From IMG/VR virus record IMGVR_UViG_3300012344_000020, positions 25,414-89,413 of that record: DNA of 64,000 nucleotides. One strand, 5' to 3'. Within the stretch, counting starts at the first letter, position 1, and the number at the start of each line of letters is the position of its first letter. The translations under genes were made by a program, and so were the position numbers. The notes under the pieces are model-generated. The model was not told where the DNA came from, searched no databases, and saw only the letters and a list, made by a program, of their open reading frames with translations. Below are positions 46,263-57,200 of the stretch, in pieces. The stretch is from a virus (lineage: Duplodnaviria > Caudoviricetes).

Positions 46263-49009
46263 AATCTCATATAACTATCAGAGCAAGGGGGAAAGACCGT
46301 GTGCTAAGGGACGATATTTCCCTTAGCGTGGAATTTCAGAACCCGATGTGGAACGACACAGAAATATTCTCCTATCCCGTGGATTTGCCTTTTGAGGGCA
46401 ACCGCGACATTATGAAGAACGTAGACGACTCCAATTCGGATATTCGACCTATCACGCTTGAACATGAACCTATGCAGATATATGTTGATGGCGTGCCGTT
46501 TGCCAGTGGTCCTATGGTTATTTCCGAGGACGAGGAACTGACTGACGGTTTGTCTGTCAATGTAGACTCGGCAGTGGATAGTTTTGATACGATGATAAGC
46601 GACTTGAACTGCAATGACATCCCCATACCCGAAAGCGATTGGCCGAGTCTTATTATCGGCGAAAAGATTTCGGATGTGTACGTCGAGATGCAGTATAAGT
46701 TTAATGTGTATATCTACGACAAGAGAGGCAAGAGTAGTTCGACAGAGATAACCAAATATTTCCCTGCCCAAACAGCATCTGCTACATTCGAGCCACAAGC
46801 TCTTGGCTTTTCCTACCCTGGAAAGTGCAAGACAACCGGTTCCATGCAAGTGGCGGTAAAGAAGAATGAAATTTCTTATCGTGATGGCATCAAGGTAATC
46901 GTGCCGGAAGAGGAAGAAAGCTATATCAATGTTACTGACGAATACTTAGGCAATGCCCGTGGGTCGGCAATGGGACCGGCAAAGTTCTGTAATGCGCGTG
47001 TCTGCTACAAACATTACGACAAGGATGATGATGGTTCTACTTCCGACAGTGTGGTTCTTGTGGATGACGGCAAAGGCGGACCTGAAGATAGAGGCCCTTA
47101 CTGGGTGTTGGACGCGAAACGTCCGCAGTCGGGCATTTGCTTCTATGTGCTGTATTTTCTTGAATGTCTGTTCAAATATCTTAATGTGGCTTACGATATA
47201 GATGTACTGAAGGACATTGAGGACTTGAAACACCTTTGTTTCTTTACTACAAAGTGCTCTTATCGAACAACCGACCCTCTGTATACTTCTTCTTATAAGG
47301 ATAAGAACGGCAACAAGGTTTACAATCCTTTCTTTACACATACCGTAGGCACAAAGGATGCCGATAAGAAAGTGGAAGATGCAGAGAGGAAAAAGCTATT
47401 TACGGAGGTGAACGAGTGGTTGAGCAGCAGAGGATGTGGCGGACAACTTGAACTTGAAAATCCTGAAGGAGTAGAGATAAATGAGTTTACGCTTGGCACG
47501 TCATTGTTTGGTACCAATACTTACAAGCTGGGCGACAACGCCGACAAAATAAAGGTAAATCCCACTTTGCTTTATGCCAAGGCGACAGCACAGATACGAA
47601 ATATGATTGCCGATGAAGGCAATTTTCCCGAAATGTCTGTATCGTCTTTGCTTGAGTCTTTGGAAAATATGTTTGGCATTAAGTTTCATTACGATTATGA
47701 GCGGAAAAAAGTTACCGCATATTTGTATCGTGATGTTTTGCAGACAACGAACACTCCTCGCACATTACATGCTCAGGTAAACTCTATCCATAAAGTAACG
47801 GAGAAGATTACCGGTGTACGTATTGGCTATTCGGACGAGTCGGATTCTAAAGAACAGAAGAATAATATCAAAAACAAAGTAAAGGATTATGACACAGCGT
47901 ATGACTATATTGATTACCCCGACCCTGCATCGGCTGACAAGGCAAAGACTACTATTATTGACAAAAAGTATATAGACATCTTCAGAAATCCTAATCACGG
48001 TGATATGCACGTCTATATCGACCAGCGCACGGGTAATGCTTACCGCATAAAGGTAGACAGCAATTATACTGACGTGAACGATATGCACCCCGTATTGTTT
48101 GAAGTTGGAATGTTCAAAGGTGTAGAAGAGGGCGATTGCTCTGCGCGAAATGATGATTTTGTACAGGAGTACATGTCTGACTTTGTGCCGATGCAGTTCA
48201 ACGATGTAAACTATCAGCGTGAGAAGGAATATGTTGAAACTGGCGGAACGCTTGTGTCTACGGATAACATTGTTGTCGAAACCATCAATGCTTCAGCGAA
48301 AACCCCGCTTTTGGCTGCGTATATGGATGATGATATGGAACATGAGTTTGTGGAGCAGCGCATACGACAGAACCTTGCCGGTAATTATGTAAACGCTTAC
48401 CTTACTGAGGTGCTGAAATGCAAAGAATCGTATGACCCTACAAAAACAGATGATGGCAATTCGCCTTTGCAGTCATACGACTGGGGATATGCTATCGCCA
48501 TGATGCGCGGAGGTGGAAGCGACGCTACCTATGAGCAGTATGATTCCAACTACGACGGATTTGGCAACAACAAGTGGAGAATGAAATCGGGCGAATACGC
48601 TTTGACTTCCGACTCTATCGGACCGTTTGGTGAGCTGTACGATTATAACGGAGTGGCTCAAGGTGGATTCGGCGAGCACTTCTCGTTAAAGCCGCGTGCT
48701 TACAAACAGCCATCATGGGCAGATCATCCGCTTTGCGATGCTGACAGATATGAGGACGGTGAGCGCATCCGTATTCAGTCAAGAGGATATGTCGATACCT
48801 TCCTGAAGGAGTTTGTTTACTTCCTTCTCAACCGCAAGAAGTACCGCATCATTTGTCTTGCCTCCGTAGCGCAGATAGCCGACATACCTAACCACTGGAA
48901 GGAATGGTGGCTCATCGACGGCAAGAAGTGTCTTATCAACAAGGTTTCTACCGGCATCACCGTAAAGGACGGTATGGGCGAGGTGGAACTTGAAGTATAT
49001 AGCTTGTAA
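46259..49009 (+). CDS. minor tail/baseplate protein (916 aa)
   Basis: N-terminal SVEFQNPMW...FSYPVDLP typical of Bacteroidetes phage tail proteins; position. Confidence 0.65.
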   Translation: MKSHITIRARGKDRVLRDDISLSVEFQNPMWNDTEIFSYPVDLPFEGNRDIMKNVDDSNSDIRPITLEHEPMQIYVDGVPFASGPMVISEDEELTDGLSVNVDSAVDSFDTMISDLNCNDIPIPESDWPSLIIGEKISDVYVEMQYKFNVYIYDKRGKSSSTEITKYFPAQTASATFEPQALGFSYPGKCKTTGSMQVAVKKNEISYRDGIKVIVPEEEESYINVTDEYLGNARGSAMGPAKFCNARVCYKHYDKDDDGSTSDSVVLVDDGKGGPEDRGPYWVLDAKRPQSGICFYVLYFLECLFKYLNVAYDIDVLKDIEDLKHLCFFTTKCSYRTTDPLYTSSYKDKNGNKVYNPFFTHTVGTKDADKKVEDAERKKLFTEVNEWLSSRGCGGQLELENPEGVEINEFTLGTSLFGTNTYKLGDNADKIKVNPTLLYAKATAQIRNMIADEGNFPEMSVSSLLESLENMFGIKFHYDYERKKVTAYLYRDVLQTTNTPRTLHAQVNSIHKVTEKITGVRIGYSDESDSKEQKNNIKNKVKDYDTAYDYIDYPDPASADKAKTTIIDKKYIDIFRNPNHGDMHVYIDQRTGNAYRIKVDSNYTDVNDMHPVLFEVGMFKGVEEGDCSARNDDFVQEYMSDFVPMQFNDVNYQREKEYVETGGTLVSTDNIVVETINASAKTPLLAAYMDDDMEHEFVEQRIRQNLAGNYVNAYLTEVLKCKESYDPTKTDDGNSPLQSYDWGYAIAMMRGGGSDATYEQYDSNYDGFGNNKWRMKSGEYALTSDSIGPFGELYDYNGVAQGGFGEHFSLKPRAYKQPSWADHPLCDADRYEDGERIRIQSRGYVDTFLKEFVYFLLNRKKYRIICLASVAQIADIPNHWKEWWLIDGKKCLINKVSTGITVKDGMGEVELEVYSL

Positions 49010-49031
49010 ACAACACAAACACAAAAACAAT

Positions 49032-50096
49032 ATGGCAAGAACAATAAACCTTACATCGGGCAGCATCTTCAACGGCAACCCTATCACGTTTCGCATTCAG
49101 CCTAACGTGATAGGTGGCACACCGTCCTTTCATCGCGTCATTCTTGAAGTAACCTGCGGCATGAGTGGCGGTAACTACGAAACCATCAAGATGTCGGCAC
49201 CCGTAGAAAAAGAAGAGAATACGGAGGATAATGTTGTGAATATCGACATATCCTCTGCCCTGCGCACCTTCCGCGACAGTTACGAATACTCTGCCGAGCC
49301 GACCGCTTATCCTTTGGTGAAATTCTACTTGAAGGTGTACGACGAGTATATGCTTGATGGCGAAGTGAAGACGATGGGCGAAATCATCTACCCTGCCAAG
49401 ACCCAGGACAGCGACGAGCAACCCGTCTACTGCACCATCTTTGGCGCATACTCCGACCTCGACCGACTCATGTCGACCGGCTCCAAGGACACCACTACCC
49501 TATCGCGCAAACCTACCGATGCTCCCCACCTCGCCTTTGTGGGCGAACAGATAGCCTACACCCCACCCTACGCCACGGCACAATCGCTGCTCGCCAGCGC
49601 CAACCTTGAGCAACCCGCATCGAAGGTGGAAACCATCGCCAAGGAAGGTCAGCAGACCCTCGGCGGACAAAGCATCTACGCCCTGCCTGCCACCGAAGCC
49701 AATATGCGCCAAGTGTTCCGCTTCATCAATTCGTTTGGTGTATTGGAGAGCATCAGTGTGCCTCGTGTCTACAGCAAGAAACTCGCTGTAACGTCCAGCA
49801 GCTTTGTGGTGTCGCGGCAGGAAACGTTCAATACCTTCAGTCGTGCCACCATCAAGAAGCAGAACAACCAGGAGTCGTGGCTATTCCAGACCGACCCGCT
49901 CACCGAGTCATGGCTGTCATGGTACTTGCACGAGTTCCTTATGTCGGAACATATATGGATAGACATCCAAGGCCGCTTTATTCCCTGCACCATCACACCC
50001 GAGGAAGAGACCACCTTCCTTTCGCGCACAGAGCAGAACGCCTACACAGTGTCATTCACTGCCGTGCTTAATATCAACGGCAGTCCGATAGCATGA
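49032..50096 (+). CDS. minor tail protein
   Basis: FRFINSFGVLES...SWYLHEFLMSEHIW motif; position. Confidence 0.6.
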   Translation: MARTINLTSGSIFNGNPITFRIQPNVIGGTPSFHRVILEVTCGMSGGNYETIKMSAPVEKEENTEDNVVNIDISSALRTFRDSYEYSAEPTAYPLVKFYLKVYDEYMLDGEVKTMGEIIYPAKTQDSDEQPVYCTIFGAYSDLDRLMSTGSKDTTTLSRKPTDAPHLAFVGEQIAYTPPYATAQSLLASANLEQPASKVETIAKEGQQTLGGQSIYALPATEANMRQVFRFINSFGVLESISVPRVYSKKLAVTSSSFVVSRQETFNTFSRATIKKQNNQESWLFQTDPLTESWLSWYLHEFLMSEHIWIDIQGRFIPCTITPEEETTFLSRTEQNAYTVSFTAVLNINGSPIA

Positions 50097-50144
50097 TATT
50101 TTAATTGTCTCTGATTTTACATATTACGTGAAAAACACTTTGCA

Positions 50145-50179
50145 CCCGAAGCTTCCGTGATGGCGACTTCGGGCTTTTT
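50145..50179 (+). terminator. intrinsic terminator
   Basis: CCCGAAG...CTTCGGG plus CTTTTT. Confidence 0.7.
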
Positions 50180-50201
50180 CATGTCCTTACGCGCAAGGGC
50201 A

Positions 50202-50236
50202 TGTCCTAACCGCATATTTGCTTTTCTCTATCTTTG
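50202..50236 (+). promoter_or_regulatory. promoter motif TGTCCT-N21-TATCTTTG for the tail-fibre/DGR operon
   Basis: TGTCCT at 50202 (second copy at 50182) and TATCTTTG at 50229. Confidence 0.65.
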
Positions 50237-50263
50237 CTGTCAGAAAAAAGAACAAATACGCAA

Positions 50264-53200
50264 ATGACACAAGCAAGACCGCAAGACTATTGGATTTCGC
50301 CCAATGCACTCTACATCGAATTGAATGCAATGAGTAATCCTGACTATATACAGGCATCGTGCGTCAGTGGGGCGCAGATACTTGTGTATATCAATGGTAT
50401 TATATCCTATGACGCAGGCCACAACTATCGCCGTTGGACGTTGCAGGCCTCGCCTACGGTGTTCAATACGTATACCGAGAAGTATGTCTATGCTGCCATT
50501 CCGCGTGATATGAACAGCAGCAAGCCTGCTTTTGTGGTCTTCCCATCCGAGGAGATAGATGTTTACGGCAAAAACTCCAACGAAGCGCAAATAGGTTCCA
50601 CCGACTATTACTATATCTTCCTGCAAGGCATTATCACTTCTTCGGGCGACAACGGCACTGTCCTGCGCGATTGGGCGCAGGGGCACAGCATCGTTACCGG
50701 CATGTTGTCGTCTGACGAAGCCATAGCAGCCAAGGGCGACGAAAGCGAATGGTACAAGTATTCTTCCGTTGACCAGACTACCACGTTCTTGAAGAACCTC
50801 ACCATGAAGGCGGGTACTTGGTTTAAGGATTTGTTTGCCAAAAACTTGCAAATCAAAAGTGGCGGAAACTTGTCTTTTGAGGATGATAATGTCAATATTA
50901 CAGGTCTTGCAAAAGACAATACAGACGTAGCGTCGCAAAACAAATTGGTCACTCCAAAATTCATGGATGACTATGCTTTGAGCAGCGGTCATGATGACAC
51001 AGCGAAGGGACGCATCACGTTTGAACAGGGGCTCACGTCGGACGGAGACGCGGACATCAATGGAGACGAGAGGGTCGGTGGTGACGAGCGCGTGGAAGGC
51101 AACGCAGAGGTAGACAAAGACCTCGGCGTGCATGGTGACGCGACTGTTGACGGCAATCTCAACGTGGGTGGCGAGACATACCTGAAAGACCTCACGGTAT
51201 CGGGCTCGGCTCACTTCTTTGAGCTCGTGATAGACAAGATCAAGGCGGCTGGCGGCACATACATCTTCTCTGCGGCAAACTCGTTCAATGTGGACAGGGT
51301 GGTTGCAGGCAACAATGTGGTGCGTCTCTACTGGCTGGCCGAGAATGGCGGCAAGGGAAGCATGAACACGTGGGAGGTGGGCGATCAGGCAATCAGCATG
51401 GATTTCAACCGTGCGAAGGTTGGGGAGACCTTCAGCGCGAGCAACAAGTATTGGTGGGCGTTGGTCACGGCGACAAGCGGAGATACGCCCGAGAGTGTGG
51501 AAGAGGAGAACGGCACCAAGCATCTGTACCACTGGATAGAGGTCAGCACGTTGGAGAAGGCCGACGGGTGTACCGTGGAAGCGGAGGTGGGCGATGCCGT
51601 GGCGCAATGGGGAAGCCGTAGCGCAGACAAGAAACGACAGGCCGCTCAGATGATTGCCGCCTACAAGTCGCCCGACACGGGCGTGGAAGCTCCTTGCTGG
51701 GTGCAGTACGTAGGCATCAACTCTTTCACCATCACCGAGGACAACCGTCTCAATCGCGTGGCTTACAACGGCAATGTCTTCAAGGGGTCTTTTGTCGCGA
51801 CAAGCGAGGGCGAGCAAGGGCGTGACCTGCTCGAATGGCTGGAAAGCCTTCAACGCGAGAATGACACGCACTTCGACATCTGGTATGGTGACGAGGTGCC
51901 CTCCCTGGAGAACGAGCCTGCCGTAGAGTGGACGACGGACAGCAAGAAGGCCGAGCACGTGGACGACCTCTATTTCGACCGCTCGGACACGGCGAAGAGT
52001 GATGGCGGGCACTGCTACCGCTTTGTCGCAACAACCAAAGACAGCCTTACGACTTACACCTGGGAGGACTATACCGACCACGACACGCTGAAAGCCCTCA
52101 CCAAGGCGCAGAACATCGCTGACGACGGGGTTGTCACCGCAGGGACGGAGAAGATGCAGCTGCTCATCACGCTCAAGAACATGCAGTCGGAGTTCTCTTC
52201 CTTCAGCGAGCCGACGACCGATAGCTCCGTGAGCTACACGCAGGCCTACGGGGCGTACAAGAAGGCCTACAACAGCTTCGTGTCGGCAACGCAGGACATC
52301 GTGAGTGAAGCTAATATCGGCAAGGACACCATCCTGTCCGACATCGGCCTTACGTCAGAGAGCTACGTGAACCTTTACTACAACTACTACTCCACGCTCG
52401 GCAAGATGCTCGAAGCCAGCGAGGCCAGCATCAAGGCGAGCATCAGCACGATAGGCGGCAGGATAGAGATGGCCGTCACGAAGAACGGCTTGAAGACCGC
52501 AGGCATGACGGTGGAGGACGAGCACATAACGCTTGATGCCAAGAAGACGACTGTCAAAGGCGACCTCACCGTGCAGGGGGCCATCACGGACAGCACAAGC
52601 TATGTGGGCATGGACGGCTCCTTGTGGTCTCCCAATGAGGTAGGCGAGTTGGAGAAGTCTTCCGCCAACCTCTTGGTGGGCGGCGGCAATACCCTCTTTG
52701 TGCCCGTTGATATGTCCACCATCAAGAGCGTGCAGATACAGACCGCAGACCCGTCACTTGTTTCAGACGGCAATCCTACCAACGCAAGCACGGCGCTCGT
52801 GACGCTCCCGATGTATGACGCGGTGGATCTCGGTTGTGGCGTGACGATGCCTGCATACCGTCGGTCGGGCACGCACGTGCTTGTCCGCAACGCCTTCTCG
52901 CTGTCCTACAACCAGTGGAGCAAGGGTGACGGATGGACAAACGGAGACCTGCGGAGAAACATCGCCTCTGCCGCAGTCTACATCTGCACAGACCCTCGCA
53001 CGTTGGCGTTAAGCAACTACTCGGCTTCCGCTCCTGCCATCACCGCTGACGGACGTGGCGACGGCGGAGCGACGGCCGACTACTTCAAAGGCTGCATGTC
53101 GCTCAACGGGAGACGTGGGAGGTGGCTTGTCCTGCTTCCAGGCCAGCAGGTGGAGCTTGTATCAGTCATCACCATGTGGCAGACGGGCACCAATACGCCC

Positions 53201-53473
53201 GTGCCCTACCTGTCATGGTATGTTGCAGGCGGTGACGGGATGGACTGGTTGGAGAAGACCGTCTCTTTCCGTCCCGACGGCACGGGCTACACCGAATACG
53301 ATGCCGTGTTTCGCTCGGCCGTTACAGGAGGCGAGCATTTCGGCATCGGGGGTATCGACAAGTACGCGGACGCTTTCTTCGGCTACCCGAAGTTGAGCGA
53401 CGCGTCGAACCTCTCCGAGCAGGTCGTGGTGACACTCTCGGCAGACAGCAAGCCTTACATCACAATCGAATAG
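50264..53473 (+). CDS. tail fibre/minor tail protein (1069 aa)
   Basis: DDTAKGRITF, LTVSGSAHFFELVIDKIKAAGG, GD.VAQWG, W..DS.K..H..DLY motifs common in Bacteroidetes phage tails. Confidence 0.7.
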   Translation: MTQARPQDYWISPNALYIELNAMSNPDYIQASCVSGAQILVYINGIISYDAGHNYRRWTLQASPTVFNTYTEKYVYAAIPRDMNSSKPAFVVFPSEEIDVYGKNSNEAQIGSTDYYYIFLQGIITSSGDNGTVLRDWAQGHSIVTGMLSSDEAIAAKGDESEWYKYSSVDQTTTFLKNLTMKAGTWFKDLFAKNLQIKSGGNLSFEDDNVNITGLAKDNTDVASQNKLVTPKFMDDYALSSGHDDTAKGRITFEQGLTSDGDADINGDERVGGDERVEGNAEVDKDLGVHGDATVDGNLNVGGETYLKDLTVSGSAHFFELVIDKIKAAGGTYIFSAANSFNVDRVVAGNNVVRLYWLAENGGKGSMNTWEVGDQAISMDFNRAKVGETFSASNKYWWALVTATSGDTPESVEEENGTKHLYHWIEVSTLEKADGCTVEAEVGDAVAQWGSRSADKKRQAAQMIAAYKSPDTGVEAPCWVQYVGINSFTITEDNRLNRVAYNGNVFKGSFVATSEGEQGRDLLEWLESLQRENDTHFDIWYGDEVPSLENEPAVEWTTDSKKAEHVDDLYFDRSDTAKSDGGHCYRFVATTKDSLTTYTWEDYTDHDTLKALTKAQNIADDGVVTAGTEKMQLLITLKNMQSEFSSFSEPTTDSSVSYTQAYGAYKKAYNSFVSATQDIVSEANIGKDTILSDIGLTSESYVNLYYNYYSTLGKMLEASEASIKASISTIGGRIEMAVTKNGLKTAGMTVEDEHITLDAKKTTVKGDLTVQGAITDSTSYVGMDGSLWSPNEVGELEKSSANLLVGGGNTLFVPVDMSTIKSVQIQTADPSLVSDGNPTNASTALVTLPMYDAVDLGCGVTMPAYRRSGTHVLVRNAFSLSYNQWSKGDGWTNGDLRRNIASAAVYICTDPRTLALSNYSASAPAITADGRGDGGATADYFKGCMSLNGRRGRWLVLLPGQQVELVSVITMWQTGTNTPVPYLSWYVAGGDGMDWLEKTVSFRPDGTGYTEYDAVFRSAVTGGEHFGIGGIDKYADAFFGYPKLSDASNLSEQVVVTLSADSKPYITIE

Positions 53474-53478
53474 CAGTC

Positions 53479-53754
53479 ATGGCAGAGAATATCAACATAG
53501 TTATCGGCAATGTGGTGCGCCAAGGAGGTGTGGCTCGTGTGCGCGTGTCGTGGCCGACAAGCACGGTCAACAAGCTACAGGTGAACGAATGGCCCGTACT
53601 GCTCAACGCCCTGACCAAGACCGCATACGCCGACGCGACAAAGAACAACGGCTTCACCTACACTTTTCCTTTTGCCCTGTCCAAGGGTACTGGCTTCCCT
53701 TATTGCCTGCCCATGGAACTCGAAGAGGAGGTGGCGGTGGCCGTGCTCGGATAA
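53479..53754 (+). CDS. small hypothetical protein (91 aa)
   Basis: Tightly packed; duplicated FTYTFPF/FPYCLPM motif. Confidence 0.6.
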   Translation: MAENINIVIGNVVRQGGVARVRVSWPTSTVNKLQVNEWPVLLNALTKTAYADATKNNGFTYTFPFALSKGTGFPYCLPMELEEEVAVAVLG

Positions 53755-53781
53755 ATAACCTACTAAAGACAATATACGGAT

Positions 53782-54000
53782 ATGGCATTGAACATCAAGA
53801 ACAAGAATACAGGTGACTTGCTCACGGCCACGGAGTTTAACATGTTGGTTCAGGCAGTCAAAAACAATGAGGCAGACATCGCCTCGCTGGGCGACAATGC
53901 GGTGAAGATGGTGGCCCTCACGCAGGCCGAATACGACAAGATGGTGACGGGCGGCACGCTCGACGCCAATACTTACTACAACATCTTGGAGGAGGAGTAA
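53782..54000 (+). CDS. small tail-associated protein (72 aa)
   Basis: KNTGDLLTATEFN; LTQAEYD.M...DANTYYNI. Confidence 0.7.
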   Translation: MALNIKNKNTGDLLTATEFNMLVQAVKNNEADIASLGDNAVKMVALTQAEYDKMVTGGTLDANTYYNILEEE

Positions 54001-54004
54001 GCGT

Positions 54005-54181
54005 ATGATCATCAAGCAAGGCAAGGAACTGTCGGCCCGCTACCTCGGCACAAAGGCTATCGAAGCCGTGTACCATGGTGCGGTGCTCGTGTGGGAGGCT
54101 ATCTCCTCCTGCTTTGGCAGCGGCATGTGGATAAACGAACGTCCGTGGAGCAACACCGACGGATGGAGGAACGACAAGTAG
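54005..54181 (+). CDS. 58-aa tail-associated protein
   Basis: AVYHGAVLVWEAISSCFGSGMWINERPWSNTDGW; below the track cutoff. Confidence 0.6.
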   Translation: MIIKQGKELSARYLGTKAIEAVYHGAVLVWEAISSCFGSGMWINERPWSNTDGWRNDK

Positions 54182-54204
54182 AACAAAGAAAAACGAAGAT
54201 ATAT

Positions 54205-57200
54205 ATGGCAAAGAAAACATCACCTAACAGCATCACGTCGCTCACCGACGACTGGGCGAACGATGCAGCGAACGGCTTGCCTTTCAGCGGCCAGGCCGTG
54301 CAGGACTTCATCAAGAAGCAGTTCGGCTCGAAGGTCGGCACATGGTGCTGGTCGCCAACCGTTGACGCAAGCAACTTCTATCACATCTGGGGTTTCGCCA
54401 CGGAGGCCGACAAGCAGGCTTATCTCGCTGACCCCGACGGCAACGCTTCGCTCCTGTTGGCCAACGAGGCCTTGCCTATCTCCACCGTGCAGGGCGACAG
54501 CTACGGAGCGTACCTGTTCACCGACGCAGGCGTGGCAACCGACTATGTGGTGAGTGGCGACAAGATGACCGTCAACCTCCGCTTCTCCGCCGTGCGCAAC
54601 TCGAGCGGTGACCGATTGAACGTGGGCGTGCCGGGCACGCTGGTCATCCAGCGCAAGACGGCATCATCGGACTGGACGACCGTGGAGACGCGCAAGGATG
54701 TGCTGACGAGCACCGACTATGCCGACACGACGGCCTACACGTCTGTTGACATCGGCTCGGCACTGAAATCGGGTGCGCAACAGATACGCATCCGTGCCTA
54801 CTATACCTACGAGGCGGACGACGGCTCGCAGAAGACGGCCACCTCAACGTATGTGTCCATCGGCAGCTCTATCACCAAGACGACGCTTGACCTGGAGTGC
54901 CAGCAGAACTGGCAGACACCGATACTGGCGAGCGTCTATGCGGAACGCGGCTTCCCCGTCAGCTACATGGTCTACGGCGCCGTCCCGAAGACGCTTCATG
55001 TGGAAATCACGGGAGGCAACGGCAAGACGCTGGCCGCAGACTATCCTCTGTCGGCAGACCAGGATTCGGCCACCGTCTCCAAGAGCATCACCGACGCAAC
55101 GGACACCTACAAGCTCTTCAAGCATGGCGTGCGGACGGTGAAGGCATGGCTCACCTGCGATGACGGCATGGGCGGCACTATCTCGTCACGTGTGCTCGTC
55201 AACCGCTTCATGGTGGTCAACCCGACCGCAGCGGCCGACAAGACCACTCCTTACCTCTTGTTGCAGAACATGGTGGGAACGGCCGACAACTTCGCGCAAG
55301 CCGACCTCTGCCAATACTCGGTCTATTCGCCTGGGGCGGACGGCACGACGAACAACGGCTCCGACGTGACGGTGATCTTCTATCTGACAGCCTATGCCGA
55401 GAACTTTCCTGCCGATAACCCCGAGCAGTATTTCCGCATCGAGAGCACCGCGTCGCCAGGCACTCGCTACACGCTCAACACGACTATCGAGATTGAGACG
55501 GAGGACGAGGAGCAGACGACAATCCCTGCCTATTTCCGCGTGTGGCGCAAGGATGGTGACAGCGAGGTGAACTTCCTGCAAAGCAGCATCGGACAGGGTA
55601 ATATCGTCATACAGGTGGACAACTCGGAGAGCTACGCCCCGAAGGCCGGAGCGGACTTCGTTCTCAACCCGAAGAACCGCAACAACTCGGAGGCCAACCC
55701 GAAGACCATTGTCAACGCCAAGACGGGCAAGACCGTTGACAGCACGTGGACGGGCTTCGGTCTTGTGAAGGACGGGTGGGTCACCTCTGACGTGGACGGG
55801 CAGCGTGTGCTCCGTGTGCCCGCTGGCGCAAAGCTCAACTTCAAGTACAACCCGTTTTCGCAGTTCCTCACCACGCCCGACTCGGCCTTGGAGATAGAGC
55901 TGGACTTCATGGTGCGCAACGTGACCGACGAGGACAGCCCGATCATCAGCCTCTTTGAGAACTTCTCTGCACAGGATGCCGACGGCAACACGACAACGCA
56001 GTTCCGCGGCCTGAAGATACAGCCTATCCATGGCGAGATACACACCAAATCGAACTATGTGTCGTCGGAGACCGATTTCGCATGGAAGGAGGGCGAGCGG
56101 ACGCACGTCTGCATCAACATCCACAATGCGGTCGCTCCAAACAAGGGTGACGCGCTGGTGCCTGCATCAAGCAGCTACGACACGTCGGCCACCAAGATAG
56201 CCCTTGTGCGCATCTTCATCGGTGGCGAGATACGCCGCGAGTTCAAGTATTCCATCACCGATGCTGCGGAGTTCTGTACGGGTGCCATGAGCAATGGCGG
56301 TTTCACAATCGGGCAGGACGGGGCGGACATCGACATCTACTCCATCCGCATCTATCAGAACACTGCCTTGGAGGCTTCCGACATCCTGGCCAACCACATC
56401 TCAACGCTTCCGACCACCGAAGAGAAGCGCGCCATGCGACAGGCCAACGACATCCTCACGGGCGGCAAGGTGGACTTGGAGAAGTGCCGTGCGCTGGGCA
56501 AGCGTTGCCTGGTGTGGCACGGCACGGAGCCTTACAAGGAGAATACGTCAACGCAGAGGGGCTACTGGGAGGTGTTCCAGTACGACGCTCGCGGCAATTA
56601 TCTTCCCGAATATTCGGGTACGCTCTGCAAGTCGTCGGCTGCGCTGGAGACCAAGCGACAGGGTTCCACGGCAAACACCTACTACTACTCAAATATCCAG
56701 ACCAAGATGTCGGACGTGACAGAGACCATCACGGTGCCGTTGAGCGAGCTTCATAGCTCCATCACCTATGAGGTGAAGACCGTTCAGGGCGAGGACGGCA
56801 CGGAGAGCAAGGTGGTCGGCCTGAAAGGCGGTTGCCTGGGCAAGAACTTCCCGACAGCGGAGACGGCCGTGGACTACGCTTATGCGGAGGTTGACGGTGC
56901 GCCTGCTGTGGTCGTGCCCGACGGATGGGTGGACGGCAACGGCAAGTACAGGGGCGTGGGCTACATCGTGGCCGAGGGCACGCCTATGGCGCAGAAGCTC
57001 GTCAACAAGATCAACTACGCCTCGTCCATGCAGAGCCACCTCACGGGCGTGAACAACCTCTACAACGACCTGCACAAGGCTATCGTGGGCAAGAACTCCT
57101 TGCAGGAGGCCTATCCCGAAGCTCGTGTGTCCAAGTACACGGAGCCTTTCCTCTACTTCACGCAGGCGCTCGACAGCGACACGCCTGTCTATCGTGGCCC

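Noticed and set aside
50264-53473. Second DGR target or VR in the other fibre genes
   Set aside because: No second TR-like sequence was found by eye in this or other genes in the window; one could lie outside it.
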